Below, in pieces: positions 36,956 to 46,349 of a stretch of DNA of 64,000 nucleotides. The position numbers and the translations under genes are program-made. The stretch covers positions 64,001 to 128,000 of the forward strand of contig CBDCWP010000024.1 of assembly GCA_965223505.1 (NCBI GenBank). Direction: 5' to 3'. The notes under the pieces are model-generated. The model was not told where the DNA came from and ran no database searches. It saw nothing but the letters and a program-made list of their open reading frames with translations. The first letter of the stretch is position 1. Every line of letters starts with the position of its first letter. The stretch is from Planctomycetota bacterium. GTDB lineage: Bacteria; Planctomycetota; PLA2; JAEUHO01.

Positions 36956-39900
36956 CTAGAGATTGCGCCGGTACTTGCCGCCCACTTCGTACAGGGCGTT
37001 CGTGATCTGGCCCAGCGAAGCGCAGCGAACGGTTGACATCAGCTCGGCGAACACGTTGCCGCCCGTACGGGCGACCTGCTTGAGGCGCTCCAGCGCCTCG
37101 TCGGTGCGGCCGGCGTGCACCTCCTGGAAGGTGCGCAGATTGTCGAGCTGCGTGCGCTTCTCCTCGGTGGAGGCGCGCGTCAGCTCGGCGACGTGGGGCG
37201 TGAGATCGTCCCGGCTCTCGGGCAGGAACGTGTTGACGCCGACGATGGGCAGCTCGCCGCTGTGCTTGAGCATCTCGTAGTGAAGGCTCTGCTCCTGGAT
37301 CTGACCGCGCTGGTACTGGGTCTCCATCGCGCCCAGGACGCCGCCGCGATCGTTGATGCGCTTGAATTCCTCGAGCACCGCCTCCTCGACGAGATCGGTG
37401 AGGTGCGCGACGAAGTACGAGCCCTGCAGCGGATTCTCGTTCTTCAGCCAGCCGAGCTCCTTGGTGTTGATCAGCTGGATCGCCATCGCGCGCCGCACGC
37501 TCTCTTCGGTCGGCGTGGTGATCGCCTCGTCGTAGGCGTTCGTGTGCAGCGAGTTGCAGTTGTCCTGGAGCGCCAGAAGCGCCTGCAGCGTCGTGCGGAT
37601 GTCGTTGAACTGGATCTCCTGCGCGTGCAGCGACCGCCCGCTGGTCTGTACGTGGTACTTGAGCTTCTGGCTGCGCGCGTTCGCGTGATAGCGCTCGCGC
37701 ATCGTGACGGCCCAGATGCGTCGGGCAACGCGGCCGATGACCGTGTATTCGGGGTCCAGGCCGTTGCTGAAGAAGAAGGAGAGGTTCGGCGCGAAGTCGT
37801 CGATGCTCATGCCGCGCGCCAGGTAGTACTCGACCAGCGTGAATCCGTTGGCCAGCGTGAAGGCGAGCTGCGAGATCGGGTTCGCGCCCGCTTCCGCGAT
37901 GTGATACCCGCTGATCGAGACGCTGTAGTAGTTGCGGACCTCGTTCTCGATGAAGTAGGCCTGGATGTCGCCCATCATCCGCAGCGCGAAGCTCGTGTTG
38001 AAGATGCACGTGTTCTGCGCCTGGTCTTCCTTGAGGATGTCGGCCTGCACCGTGCCGCGCACGCGTCGAAGCGTCTCGTCCGCGATGGCGCTGCGCTCGC
38101 CCTCGTCCGGCTCGCGGCCCTGGTCCATGCGGAAGCGGTCCACCTGTTGGTCGATGGCCGCGTTCAGGAACATCGCCAGGATGATCGGCGCGGGGCCGTT
38201 GATGGTCATCGAAACCGACGTGTTGGGGTCGCAGAGGTCGAAGCCGCGGTAGAGGATTCGCATGTCCTCGAGCGTGCAGATCGAGACGCCGCTCTCCCCC
38301 ACCTTCCCGTAGATGTCGGGCCGAAGATCCGGGTCCTCGCCGTACAGCGTGACGGAGTCGAACGCGGTGGAGAGGCGCTTGGCCGTGTCGTTACGGCTCA
38401 GGTAGTGAAAGCGCCGATTGGTGCGCGCCGGCGTGCCCTCGCCCGCGAACTGACGCTTGGGATCCTCGTCGACGCGCTTGAAGGGAAAGACGCCGCCGGT
38501 ATACGGGAAGTGGCCCGGCACGTTCTCGAGCAGGAGGAAGCGCAAGACGGCGCCGGCCTCGTCGGTCGTCGGCAGGGCGACCTTCGGGATCCGCATCCCG
38601 GACAGGGACGCCGTGCCGCCGGGCGTGTCGTGCGATCGGCCGCGAACGGTGTAGGTGATGGTGTCCGACGCGTACTGCGCCTTCAGCGCGGGCCAGGCCG
38701 ACAACAGCTCCTGGGCCGCCGCATCGACACGCTTGCGTGCTCGCTCCAGCGCGGTTTCCACGCCTGCGCGAGCGTCGTCGTCGACGAGCTCGAGCGCCCC
38801 TTCCAGGTGCGCCACGTCGCGCGCGGCCGCGACCTGCGACTCGGCCCACGCTCGGTAGTCGCGTACCGTCCGCACGATCTCGGCCATGTAGCTCACACGC
38901 TCGGAGGGAATGATGCCCGTCGGGGCGTGGCCGTTGCGCTCGGCGGCGGACGGCGGCAGTCGCAGCGAGGTGGTGCGGCGGTTCAGCGTTCCGCAACGGG
39001 TAGCGATGGCGCGGAAGAGGTCGTCGACGCCGGTGTCGCAAAACCGGCTCGCGACCGTTCCAAAGACGCCCAGATCCTCTTCGGACACCTCGAACGCCTT
39101 GCGATTGCGACGAACCTGCTTGCGGACGTCTCGTACCGCGTCCTCGCCGCCGCGCCGCTCGAACTTGTTGACCGCGATGAGATCGGCGTAGTCGAGCATG
39201 CCGATCTTCTCGAGCTGTGACGCAGCGCCGTACTCGGGCGTCATGACGTAGAGCGAGAGATCCGAGAATTCGGTGATTTCGGTGTCGCCCTGCCCGATGC
39301 CGGACGTCTCGACGATGATCCAGTCGAACCCGGCGAGCTGGCAGAAGCGGATCGCATCGGACGTCGCGTTCGACAGCTCTCCACCGGCGCCGCGCGTCGC
39401 GAAGCTGCGCATGTACGCGCGCGGGTGCGGCAGCGAGTTCATGCGAATGCGATCCCCGAGGAGACCCCCTCCGGTCTTGCGCCGCGAAGGATCGACACTG
39501 AGCACGGCGACAGTCGCGTCGTCCGAGCCCTCGAGAAACCGCAGGACGAGCTCGTCGACGAGCGACGACTTGCCGGCGCCGCCGGTGCCGGTTACGCCGA
39601 TGATGGGCGCGCGCTCGTTCTCGGGAATCGCGTCGGCCTTCGCTACGAGCTTGCCGAGCGCGGTCTCGGCGAAGCCCTCGCGCTCGGTGGCGGTGAGGCA
39701 CTGCGCGAGCAAGCGATGGTTCATGGGCGTCAGCTTGGGCAGGGAGCCGTTCGAGCCGACGTCGTTCGGCGGCGAGAAGTCGGCCGCCTCGAGCATCAGG
39801 TCGATCATGCCCTGCAGGCCGAGTTTGCGTCCGTCCTCCGGCGTGAAGATGCGGTCCACGCCGTACTCGTGCAACGCCGCCACCTCTTCGGGCACGATCA

Positions 39901-40207
39901 CGCCGCCGCCGCCGCCGAAGACACGTACGTGCTCCGCGCCGCGCTCCTTGAGGAGATCCCGGACATAGCGGAAGTACTCGTTGTGACCGCCTTGATAGGA
40001 GGAGATCGCGATGCCCTGCGCGTCCTCCTGAACGGCCGCGTCCACGATCTCGAGCACGGAGCGGTTGTGGCCGAGATGGATCACCTCGGCGCCCGAATCC
40101 TGGAGGATCCGGCGGATGATGTTGATCGCCGCGTCATGCCCGTCGAACAGCGACGCGGCAGTCACGAAGCGGACCGGGTTCCGGCACTGGTAGACCGTCT
40201 CGCTCAT
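36956..40207 (-). CDS. icmF: Fused isobutyryl-CoA mutase / MeaB-like GTPase (AdoCbl-dependent)
   Basis: DGHDA B12-binding domain, GTGGAGKSS GTPase, mutase domain with RQFAGEG, RLSTAFD, ISGYHIAEAG. Confidence 0.95.
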   Translation of the reverse strand: MSETVYQCRNPVRFVTAASLFDGHDAAINIIRRILQDSGAEVIHLGHNRSVLEIVDAAVQEDAQGIAISSYQGGHNEYFRYVRDLLKERGAEHVRVFGGGGGVIVPEEVAALHEYGVDRIFTPEDGRKLGLQGMIDLMLEAADFSPPNDVGSNGSLPKLTPMNHRLLAQCLTATEREGFAETALGKLVAKADAIPENERAPIIGVTGTGGAGKSSLVDELVLRFLEGSDDATVAVLSVDPSRRKTGGGLLGDRIRMNSLPHPRAYMRSFATRGAGGELSNATSDAIRFCQLAGFDWIIVETSGIGQGDTEITEFSDLSLYVMTPEYGAASQLEKIGMLDYADLIAVNKFERRGGEDAVRDVRKQVRRNRKAFEVSEEDLGVFGTVASRFCDTGVDDLFRAIATRCGTLNRRTTSLRLPPSAAERNGHAPTGIIPSERVSYMAEIVRTVRDYRAWAESQVAAARDVAHLEGALELVDDDARAGVETALERARKRVDAAAQELLSAWPALKAQYASDTITYTVRGRSHDTPGGTASLSGMRIPKVALPTTDEAGAVLRFLLLENVPGHFPYTGGVFPFKRVDEDPKRQFAGEGTPARTNRRFHYLSRNDTAKRLSTAFDSVTLYGEDPDLRPDIYGKVGESGVSICTLEDMRILYRGFDLCDPNTSVSMTINGPAPIILAMFLNAAIDQQVDRFRMDQGREPDEGERSAIADETLRRVRGTVQADILKEDQAQNTCIFNTSFALRMMGDIQAYFIENEVRNYYSVSISGYHIAEAGANPISQLAFTLANGFTLVEYYLARGMSIDDFAPNLSFFFSNGLDPEYTVIGRVARRIWAVTMRERYHANARSQKLKYHVQTSGRSLHAQEIQFNDIRTTLQALLALQDNCNSLHTNAYDEAITTPTEESVRRAMAIQLINTKELGWLKNENPLQGSYFVAHLTDLVEEAVLEEFKRINDRGGVLGAMETQYQRGQIQEQSLHYEMLKHSGELPIVGVNTFLPESRDDLTPHVAELTRASTEEKRTQLDNLRTFQEVHAGRTDEALERLKQVARTGGNVFAELMSTVRCASLGQITNALYEVGGKYRRNL

Positions 40208-40284
40208 CGCAAGCAGTCAACGTACCCGCGTCGGATCAGCCGCTCAACCGGGGGCGGGGCGCCCGCCCTTTCAAAACCCGACGC

Positions 40285-42174
40285 TCAGCGAATCTGGCTT
40301 CGGCGCATGCCCGGCGTGGTCCGCACCGAGAACAGGTAGCGGGCATTGGTGAGGGTCAGGCCGAGGGCCGTGTCGACGTGGGTGATGTTCGTCCCCAGAG
40401 GGTCGGACACACACAAGCCGCTCGGGAACAGCGCGTTCGCATCGCCGTCGCCGGGCTTCCCGCTGGTCTGGAATGCAGGCAGCGTCATGAGCAGCTGGCC
40501 GCTCTTGTTGCTGATGTCGAGGCTCGTCAAGTCCACGATCGGCAGCGGCGGATGCTCGACGATCATCGGCTGAGACTGGCTGTCGGGACGCAGCTCGAAC
40601 GGGACGACTTCGATCGGGAATCCGCGTTGGATGTACAGCACTTCTCCGTTCGGGTGCATGTACACCTCGTCGTAGAAGAACTCCTGCCCCATGTTGTAGA
40701 CGTCGAGCACCTGTCCGGCGCCGCCCGGCCCGTTGAAGTCACCGAGGTAGATGAAGTCGTCGAACTGGAAGGTCTCGTCGACGGTGATGTCGCGGCGCAC
40801 GATGGCGGCAAAGTGACCACCGTCCGGGCTGACGATGAAGTCGAGGAGCTCTTCGACGAAACCGTTGTCACCGATGTCGAACAGCGTCGTCGGCGACGAG
40901 ACGCCGTCCCAATTCAGCGGGTACGCCCGAGCGCGCCGTTGATCGTTGTCCACGACGTACACGGACATGCCGTCCGGCATGAAACGCGGCGTGAAGAGCC
41001 CGTTGCCGGTGGGGATCATTCCCGCCGAGAGTACGACCTCCGAGTCCGACTCGATGACGTCGAGGAGGTCGGCGAAGCCCTGGCTGAAGTCCTCGTAGCG
41101 AATGAGCATGTGCCGCCCGTCCGGCGACTGCCGGAGGTCCGTCGTGAACGCGGTCGCGGCGTTGATCCCGTGCAACGGCACGCCCGGCATGGAGCCGTCG
41201 CCGATGACGCGTGAGTACGCCGCCTGGTCGGCGTTGGGAATGACCAGCTGGTTGTTCTGGGAGTTGAACAGGAACTGCTCGAAGTATGCGAACTGCCCGC
41301 CGGCGTTCCGCAACCAACCCCAGAACGGATCACCCGTGAAGGTGAGCTGCTCGTTGCCCCCGCCCGCGATCGGAATCGGCAGGCCCGACTGGATCGGCAC
41401 GCTCATGAGCGTGAGCCCGAAGCTCGTCTCTCCGTCGATCGAGCTGGGCGTGAACTCCTCGTACAGGACGTGCCTACCGTTCGTCGCGGGCACGAACTCG
41501 AGCGGCGGGAACGCGACCGGAAGCGGCTGCGGCGGCGGCACGCCCGGAAGGACCGAGTGCGTGTACAGGCCGCTTTGCGGCTCGCTGCCTTCCACCTCTG
41601 CGCCGTCCGCGAGCACAGGGAAGCCGCCGAACGCGCCGAACACGATCAGTGCCGCCGAGCAGTCGCGAATGCCTACGGCGACGTGCCCCAGCTCGTCGTA
41701 GGTGGTCAGCGTGAACGTGTTCGCGTCGGTATCCAGCACCGCGGCGAAGTTGGGCTCGAGCGCCATGAACGACTCGACCCACGTCAGGAGCACCAGATCG
41801 TCCTCCGTGAACCCGGCGGGCACCAGCGTGTCGTCGTAGACGACCGTGATGGTGCCGTCGACGGCCAACGGTTGTCCCACGGGCCCGCAACACCAGAGCG
41901 GACCGAGGTAGGTGTAGGTGCACGGGTCGGGGGCCAAGATCGGGAACGGATCGAGCTGCGGCAAGATGGAGACCACGGTATCGGTCGCGAGCGAGCCGGG
42001 CGGGATGACGAGGCTCACGTCGCCACCCTGGACGACACCGCCCTCGGGGCCCACGCCCTTGATCTGGAACAGCGGGAACTCGACGACCTCGCCGACACCG
42101 CAGCCGCCCAGCAGGACGAACAGCCCCAGAAGCGGTAGCAGGGTGCGGGCCCCAGGTGTGCGCGCGGTGCTCAT
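40285..42174 (-). CDS. Large surface lipoprotein: ZU5-like N-domain followed by a beta-propeller-like region
   Basis: LGGC lipobox; GPEGG....L.IP.G.L; SPDG/MPDG/HPNG propeller turns; GGAGG RBS. Confidence 0.65.
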   Translation of the reverse strand: MSTARTPGARTLLPLLGLFVLLGGCGVGEVVEFPLFQIKGVGPEGGVVQGGDVSLVIPPGSLATDTVVSILPQLDPFPILAPDPCTYTYLGPLWCCGPVGQPLAVDGTITVVYDDTLVPAGFTEDDLVLLTWVESFMALEPNFAAVLDTDANTFTLTTYDELGHVAVGIRDCSAALIVFGAFGGFPVLADGAEVEGSEPQSGLYTHSVLPGVPPPQPLPVAFPPLEFVPATNGRHVLYEEFTPSSIDGETSFGLTLMSVPIQSGLPIPIAGGGNEQLTFTGDPFWGWLRNAGGQFAYFEQFLFNSQNNQLVIPNADQAAYSRVIGDGSMPGVPLHGINAATAFTTDLRQSPDGRHMLIRYEDFSQGFADLLDVIESDSEVVLSAGMIPTGNGLFTPRFMPDGMSVYVVDNDQRRARAYPLNWDGVSSPTTLFDIGDNGFVEELLDFIVSPDGGHFAAIVRRDITVDETFQFDDFIYLGDFNGPGGAGQVLDVYNMGQEFFYDEVYMHPNGEVLYIQRGFPIEVVPFELRPDSQSQPMIVEHPPLPIVDLTSLDISNKSGQLLMTLPAFQTSGKPGDGDANALFPSGLCVSDPLGTNITHVDTALGLTLTNARYLFSVRTTPGMRRSQIR

Positions 42175-42287
42175 TGCCTTCCTCCAGCCGGAGCGCAGAT
42201 GATAGCCCCAGGCCGCTCCAACTGGGATCCAAAGGTCTCCGGCGACGCCTTTCGGGAGCCTACGCCGGCATGGGAACCGGCCCGCGC

Positions 42288-43640
42288 CTACCGCGTGACG
42301 ACCTTCCCCGGGGGGGGCCGCAGGGGCGGCACGCCCCTCGGCGGCGCTCGGTCCAGCGCGAGGATGAGCGAGTGGATCGCGGTCACGTAGACGCGGCCCC
42401 CATCGACCCAGCCGGGCATCTTCATGCCGGGCAGCTCCCCGGTGTCGTTCGTCACGCCCGGAAGGTCGTTGCCCACACAGTCGCAGCCGCCGTTCTCGCG
42501 CTGCTTCGCCAGGATCTTCGGGAAGTAGATGCGGCGAAACGTCGCCCACGCCTCGTTGCCGCGCGCCGCGGCCAGGACGGCGCCGAAGCCGAGCGCCATG
42601 CCGGCCGACCCGTGACCGTCGCCGAGGTGCTGCGGGTTGGCGTCCAGCGCCTTCAGCGCGCGTTGGATCACCTCGTCGCCGCCGTCCATCCCGGCGAGAT
42701 GAAGGGAGAGCACCGAACCGGACGTGCGCGCGATCGCGATCGCCCCGCCCAGGCCGCCGCCGCCGCGACCGCGCATGCCGTGCTTCTGCGTCGGGTCGTA
42801 CGGCCAGGTGCCGTCCCCGTTCTGATACTCGACGAAGTACGCCCGACCGCGCGTGATCGTGTCCGTCGGTTTCTTGCCACCAAGCTGTCGATGCGCCGCG
42901 CCGAGACCGGAGAGCGCACAGTTCGACGCGCCCAGCAACGTAGGCGGGTACGTCATCGGGTCACCACCGGGCTTGGGGATCCTGATCGGCGGCAGGCCCA
43001 TGCCTTCACGCTGCGCGTCGTCGTGGCCCCACCCACCATTCTCCTGCTGTGCGGCGGCGAGCACCTTCGTGATCACGCGCAACGTCTTCTTCGAGGCGCC
43101 CTTCGACTTGCCGCGCGCGACGCTCTCGGCGAAATAGTGGGCGGCGACGCCGAGGTTCCACACGTACTGCGCGTTGCCGAGGCCCATCCTGCCGAAGCCC
43201 GGCGGTCCCTTCGGCTCGTCCTTCTTCTTCTTGGGTTCCTTCTCCAAGCGCTCGTCGTCGCGGTCGTAGCCGCGCTCGATCGTCTCGGCGTAGCGCGTGA
43301 GGAAGTCATGGATGCGCTGAAGCTCCTTCTTCCGCGACGGGAGCTTCTTGAGGCCCTTGACCTTCTCGCCGCAGATCAGATACGCCCATCCCGCCATCGC
43401 GGCGGCGTAGTGCTTGCGACTCGAACCATGCTCCCCGAGCTTCCAGAGGTGGTCGTCCAGGAACGCGAACATCTTCTTGAGCGCCGCGTCGCGCTGTTCC
43501 GCGGTCACCTCGGCCGGGTCGGGTTCGACCTTGGCAGCGCCGCCGCCGTCAACGCCGCCGTTCTCGTCGGCGCGCACCGCGGCCGCGGGCACGAAGAGGA
43601 CGAACAACGCGACGACGATCCGGAGCCGACCGATACCCAT
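42288..43640 (-). CDS. Secreted prenyltransferase/squalene-oxidase-repeat (alpha/alpha toroid) protein
   Basis: Signal peptide; QQENGGWGH, YQNGDGTWPY, KQRENGG QW-type repeats. Confidence 0.7.
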   Translation of the reverse strand: MGIGRLRIVVALFVLFVPAAAVRADENGGVDGGGAAKVEPDPAEVTAEQRDAALKKMFAFLDDHLWKLGEHGSSRKHYAAAMAGWAYLICGEKVKGLKKLPSRKKELQRIHDFLTRYAETIERGYDRDDERLEKEPKKKKDEPKGPPGFGRMGLGNAQYVWNLGVAAHYFAESVARGKSKGASKKTLRVITKVLAAAQQENGGWGHDDAQREGMGLPPIRIPKPGGDPMTYPPTLLGASNCALSGLGAAHRQLGGKKPTDTITRGRAYFVEYQNGDGTWPYDPTQKHGMRGRGGGGLGGAIAIARTSGSVLSLHLAGMDGGDEVIQRALKALDANPQHLGDGHGSAGMALGFGAVLAAARGNEAWATFRRIYFPKILAKQRENGGCDCVGNDLPGVTNDTGELPGMKMPGWVDGGRVYVTAIHSLILALDRAPPRGVPPLRPPPGKVVTR

Positions 43641-43649
43641 GGCGAGAGT

Positions 43650-44156
43650 CTATTCGTTGCCGGGGGCGGTCGCGTGCGAATCGTCGTCGACGGCGCACTG
43701 CCGAAGCGCGACGAGATGCGGCAGTACGGGCGCCAGGAATCCGAAGCACTCGACGGCGCCCTGCGGCCTGCCCGGCAGGTTGACGATGACGGCCCTGCCG
43801 CGAACGCCGGCCAGCGCGCGGCTGCCGAGCGCGTGCAAGGTGACCTTCGCGCTTCGGCGGCGCATCTCCTCGGCGAGACCGGGCACCTCGAGCTCGATCA
43901 CGTCGCGCGTCGCCTCCGGCGTGACGTCGCGGGGCGCGACGCCGGTGCCGCCCGTCGTGAGCACCAAACCGGACCGTTCGCAGGCGGTGCGTAACGCGTC
44001 GGCAATCTGCGTCCGTTCGTCGGGCACGACCTGCACGTCGATCGGCTCGAACCCGGCTTCGGACAGCACGGGCCGCAGCAGGTCGGCGGTGGCGTCCGCG
44101 CGGTCACCCGCAGCAGCCCGGTCGCTCACAACGATGAGCGTCGTCGCGATCGTCAT
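43650..44156 (-). CDS. mog: Molybdopterin adenylyltransferase MogA/MoaB family
   Basis: VSDR, VPDE, TTGGTG..PRDVTPEAT, SR, NLPG.P. Confidence 0.92.
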   Translation of the reverse strand: MTIATTLIVVSDRAAAGDRADATADLLRPVLSEAGFEPIDVQVVPDERTQIADALRTACERSGLVLTTGGTGVAPRDVTPEATRDVIELEVPGLAEEMRRRSAKVTLHALGSRALAGVRGRAVIVNLPGRPQGAVECFGFLAPVLPHLVALRQCAVDDDSHATAPGNE

Positions 44157-45361
44157 GCGCCCTCCGGTTCCACGCCCTCGTCACGCAGCACGTCCAACAC
44201 GTACGCGTACTCCTTCGCCAGCGCGTCGACGAGCGTGAGCCCGGCGCGCTCCGACTCGGGCAACACGTCCCACGTATAGGTCTCGATCTCGACGTGCGTC
44301 GTAAGCGGACTCCGCGCGATCTCGCGCAGCGTTCGCTCGAGCTCCGGCTGCGTCGTTCGCAGCGGCGAGGCGGCCTCCCTGCAGTAGACCGGCACGTGGT
44401 AGTGCACGCGCCACGGCTTGCACTGCTTCCAACGTCCGCTGCGGTCGCCAAGCACCTCGGGCAGGTCGTTGGCCACGTGCACGCGCTGACCGTCCGCGTC
44501 GGGCGCACCGACTTGATGCAGGTACACGGGTTCGTCGAATCCCGCAAGCGCCTCCGAAGCGCCGGCCGCCGCGGGGTCGCCAAGCTCCAGTGCGCACGAC
44601 GCCTGCAGCTTGGCGATCGGGATCTCGTCGTCGGCGATCGCCGCAATGGACGCGGCGCAGTCTTCGTGCATGACGGCCTGATGGCAGGTGTCGAAGCAGA
44701 CCCCGATGTACGCCGTGAGCTCCTCGTCGTCCTCGACCGCCTGCGCGAACGGACCGGCGAAGAAGGCCCGGAGCTCCGCCGTGGTCTCGATGGTGCAGCG
44801 CGGCTCTGGTTCGAGGCCCAGCACGACGTGCGTCCCCGTCTCCTCGTGCAGCTCGCGCAGGCCTTCGGCACAGACCCTGATGTTCCGAAGCGCGGCCTGC
44901 GTCTCGCTCGGATGCTCGCTCCATCCGCGCCAGGAACCGGGCGCCGTGGAGAGCGACACCATGCGCTCGGTTCCACTCAGCGCGGCCAGGAGCGCGGCGA
45001 ACCCGAGCGTGTACTTCACGCGTCGCTTGTGCGCCCACGAGGGTTCGTAAACGCGGTCCTTGAGCGGCGTGCCGTGAAACTCATCCAGCACGAAAGCGTT
45101 CCCGCTGAAGACGAGCAGATCGTGCGCCTCGAGCGCGGCCTGAAGCGCTGCCAGCTGCTCGACGTCGTCACGCAATTCGCGTACGGCGTCGGCGTTCCAC
45201 CGCACGGCCAGCCCGAAGGTCCCCTGCACCCCGAGACGCTCGCGCAGCGGCACGACCGTCGATTCGATGGCGTCGAGGGTCGCGGCCGCCGTGCCGCCCG
45301 GATGGACATTCATGCCGTAGCCCAGCCAAAGCGTTCGGCCGTCGGCGGTCTTCAAGCGCAT
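44153..45361 (-). CDS. eboE: Metabolite traffic protein EboE (xylose-isomerase-like TIM barrel)
   Basis: Y..NVHPG, FHG..K..VY.P.W, LEPEP.C.IE, C.DTCH.AV, K.Q.S.AL, EP.YLHQ, WRVHYHVP, EIETYTW.VLP. Confidence 0.9.
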   Translation of the reverse strand: MRLKTADGRTLWLGYGMNVHPGGTAAATLDAIESTVVPLRERLGVQGTFGLAVRWNADAVRELRDDVEQLAALQAALEAHDLLVFSGNAFVLDEFHGTPLKDRVYEPSWAHKRRVKYTLGFAALLAALSGTERMVSLSTAPGSWRGWSEHPSETQAALRNIRVCAEGLRELHEETGTHVVLGLEPEPRCTIETTAELRAFFAGPFAQAVEDDEELTAYIGVCFDTCHQAVMHEDCAASIAAIADDEIPIAKLQASCALELGDPAAAGASEALAGFDEPVYLHQVGAPDADGQRVHVANDLPEVLGDRSGRWKQCKPWRVHYHVPVYCREAASPLRTTQPELERTLREIARSPLTTHVEIETYTWDVLPESERAGLTLVDALAKEYAYVLDVLRDEGVEPEGA

Positions 45362-45383
45362 GGCGGGAAGGTAGCATCCGTCC

Positions 45384-46343
45384 ATGCGCCGTCGCGTCTT
45401 CCTTCTCGCCCTCGCGCTGCTGGCAGGCTGCGGCGAGGAGCCCGCACCGACGTCGCGCGTGCCGCGCGACCCCGACGCGGCGCTGGCATGGGTGCGCGAG
45501 GCGGCGGAAGCGGACGACGATCGCGAGCTACGAGCGCGTCTGGCGGAGTGGCCCGTCGACGCCCCCGCGTTTCGCGCGCAACAGAGCACGCGCGTCGTTC
45601 TCACATGGCGGCTGCGGCATGCGCTGGGCGACGACGACACGATTCGAGCGCTGGAAGACTACCGGCGTTTGAAGGAGCGATTCGGGGGGGCAGGCCTGAC
45701 GCCGGAGGGCGTGACGCTCGAGGCGGATTGGACGGCCGCGGCCATGTTCGACGCGTTGCTGGATGCGGCGCGCGGCCACGTGGAGGGCGCGAACGCGAAC
45801 CAGGCGTCCGCGAACGACATGTTGGGCCGAGCCAACGCGATGCTGGACGGGGTGTCCGACGACGCGCGCGCGAAGCTCGAGGCGGCGCAACGGTGGGTCC
45901 TGCTGCGGCGCATCCAGGATGCGCGACTGGGCGTGCCGTCTTCGGGTCCGCCGCAGATCGTCTTGCTGACCGACGACTTCGCGCTCGGGGAGGCGGTACT
46001 CCCGGGGGTGTTGAAGCGCTGGGCGCGTGACGGCAAGTCCTATGGGCTCGAGATCAGAATCGTCCCGCTGTGGCGCGACTTCGTGCGGCTGCGAACACGG
46101 CGCATTCCGGCGACGACGCAGGAAGAGGGCGCCGCGATTCAACGCCGGGCGAAGGAGATCGGCGCAACCGTGATGCCGACAGCCGAGCGCAGCGAGGCGC
46201 TGGAGCGCGAGCTCGGACTGCGGCCGAAACAGAATGCGCTATTCGTCGTCGACCGCGACGGCATCATCGTGGCCCGGATGACGGGATTCACGATCGATCC
46301 CCGGGAGCTCGAGGCGGTCGTCCAGCGCGTGCTGTCCCGGTGA
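45384..46343 (+). CDS. Lipoprotein with C-terminal thioredoxin-like region lacking CxxC
   Basis: LAGC lipobox; C-terminal 'FVVDRDGII' TlpA-like motif. Confidence 0.65.
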   Translation: MRRRVFLLALALLAGCGEEPAPTSRVPRDPDAALAWVREAAEADDDRELRARLAEWPVDAPAFRAQQSTRVVLTWRLRHALGDDDTIRALEDYRRLKERFGGAGLTPEGVTLEADWTAAAMFDALLDAARGHVEGANANQASANDMLGRANAMLDGVSDDARAKLEAAQRWVLLRRIQDARLGVPSSGPPQIVLLTDDFALGEAVLPGVLKRWARDGKSYGLEIRIVPLWRDFVRLRTRRIPATTQEEGAAIQRRAKEIGATVMPTAERSEALERELGLRPKQNALFVVDRDGIIVARMTGFTIDPRELEAVVQRVLSR

Positions 46344-46349
46344 CTGCCG

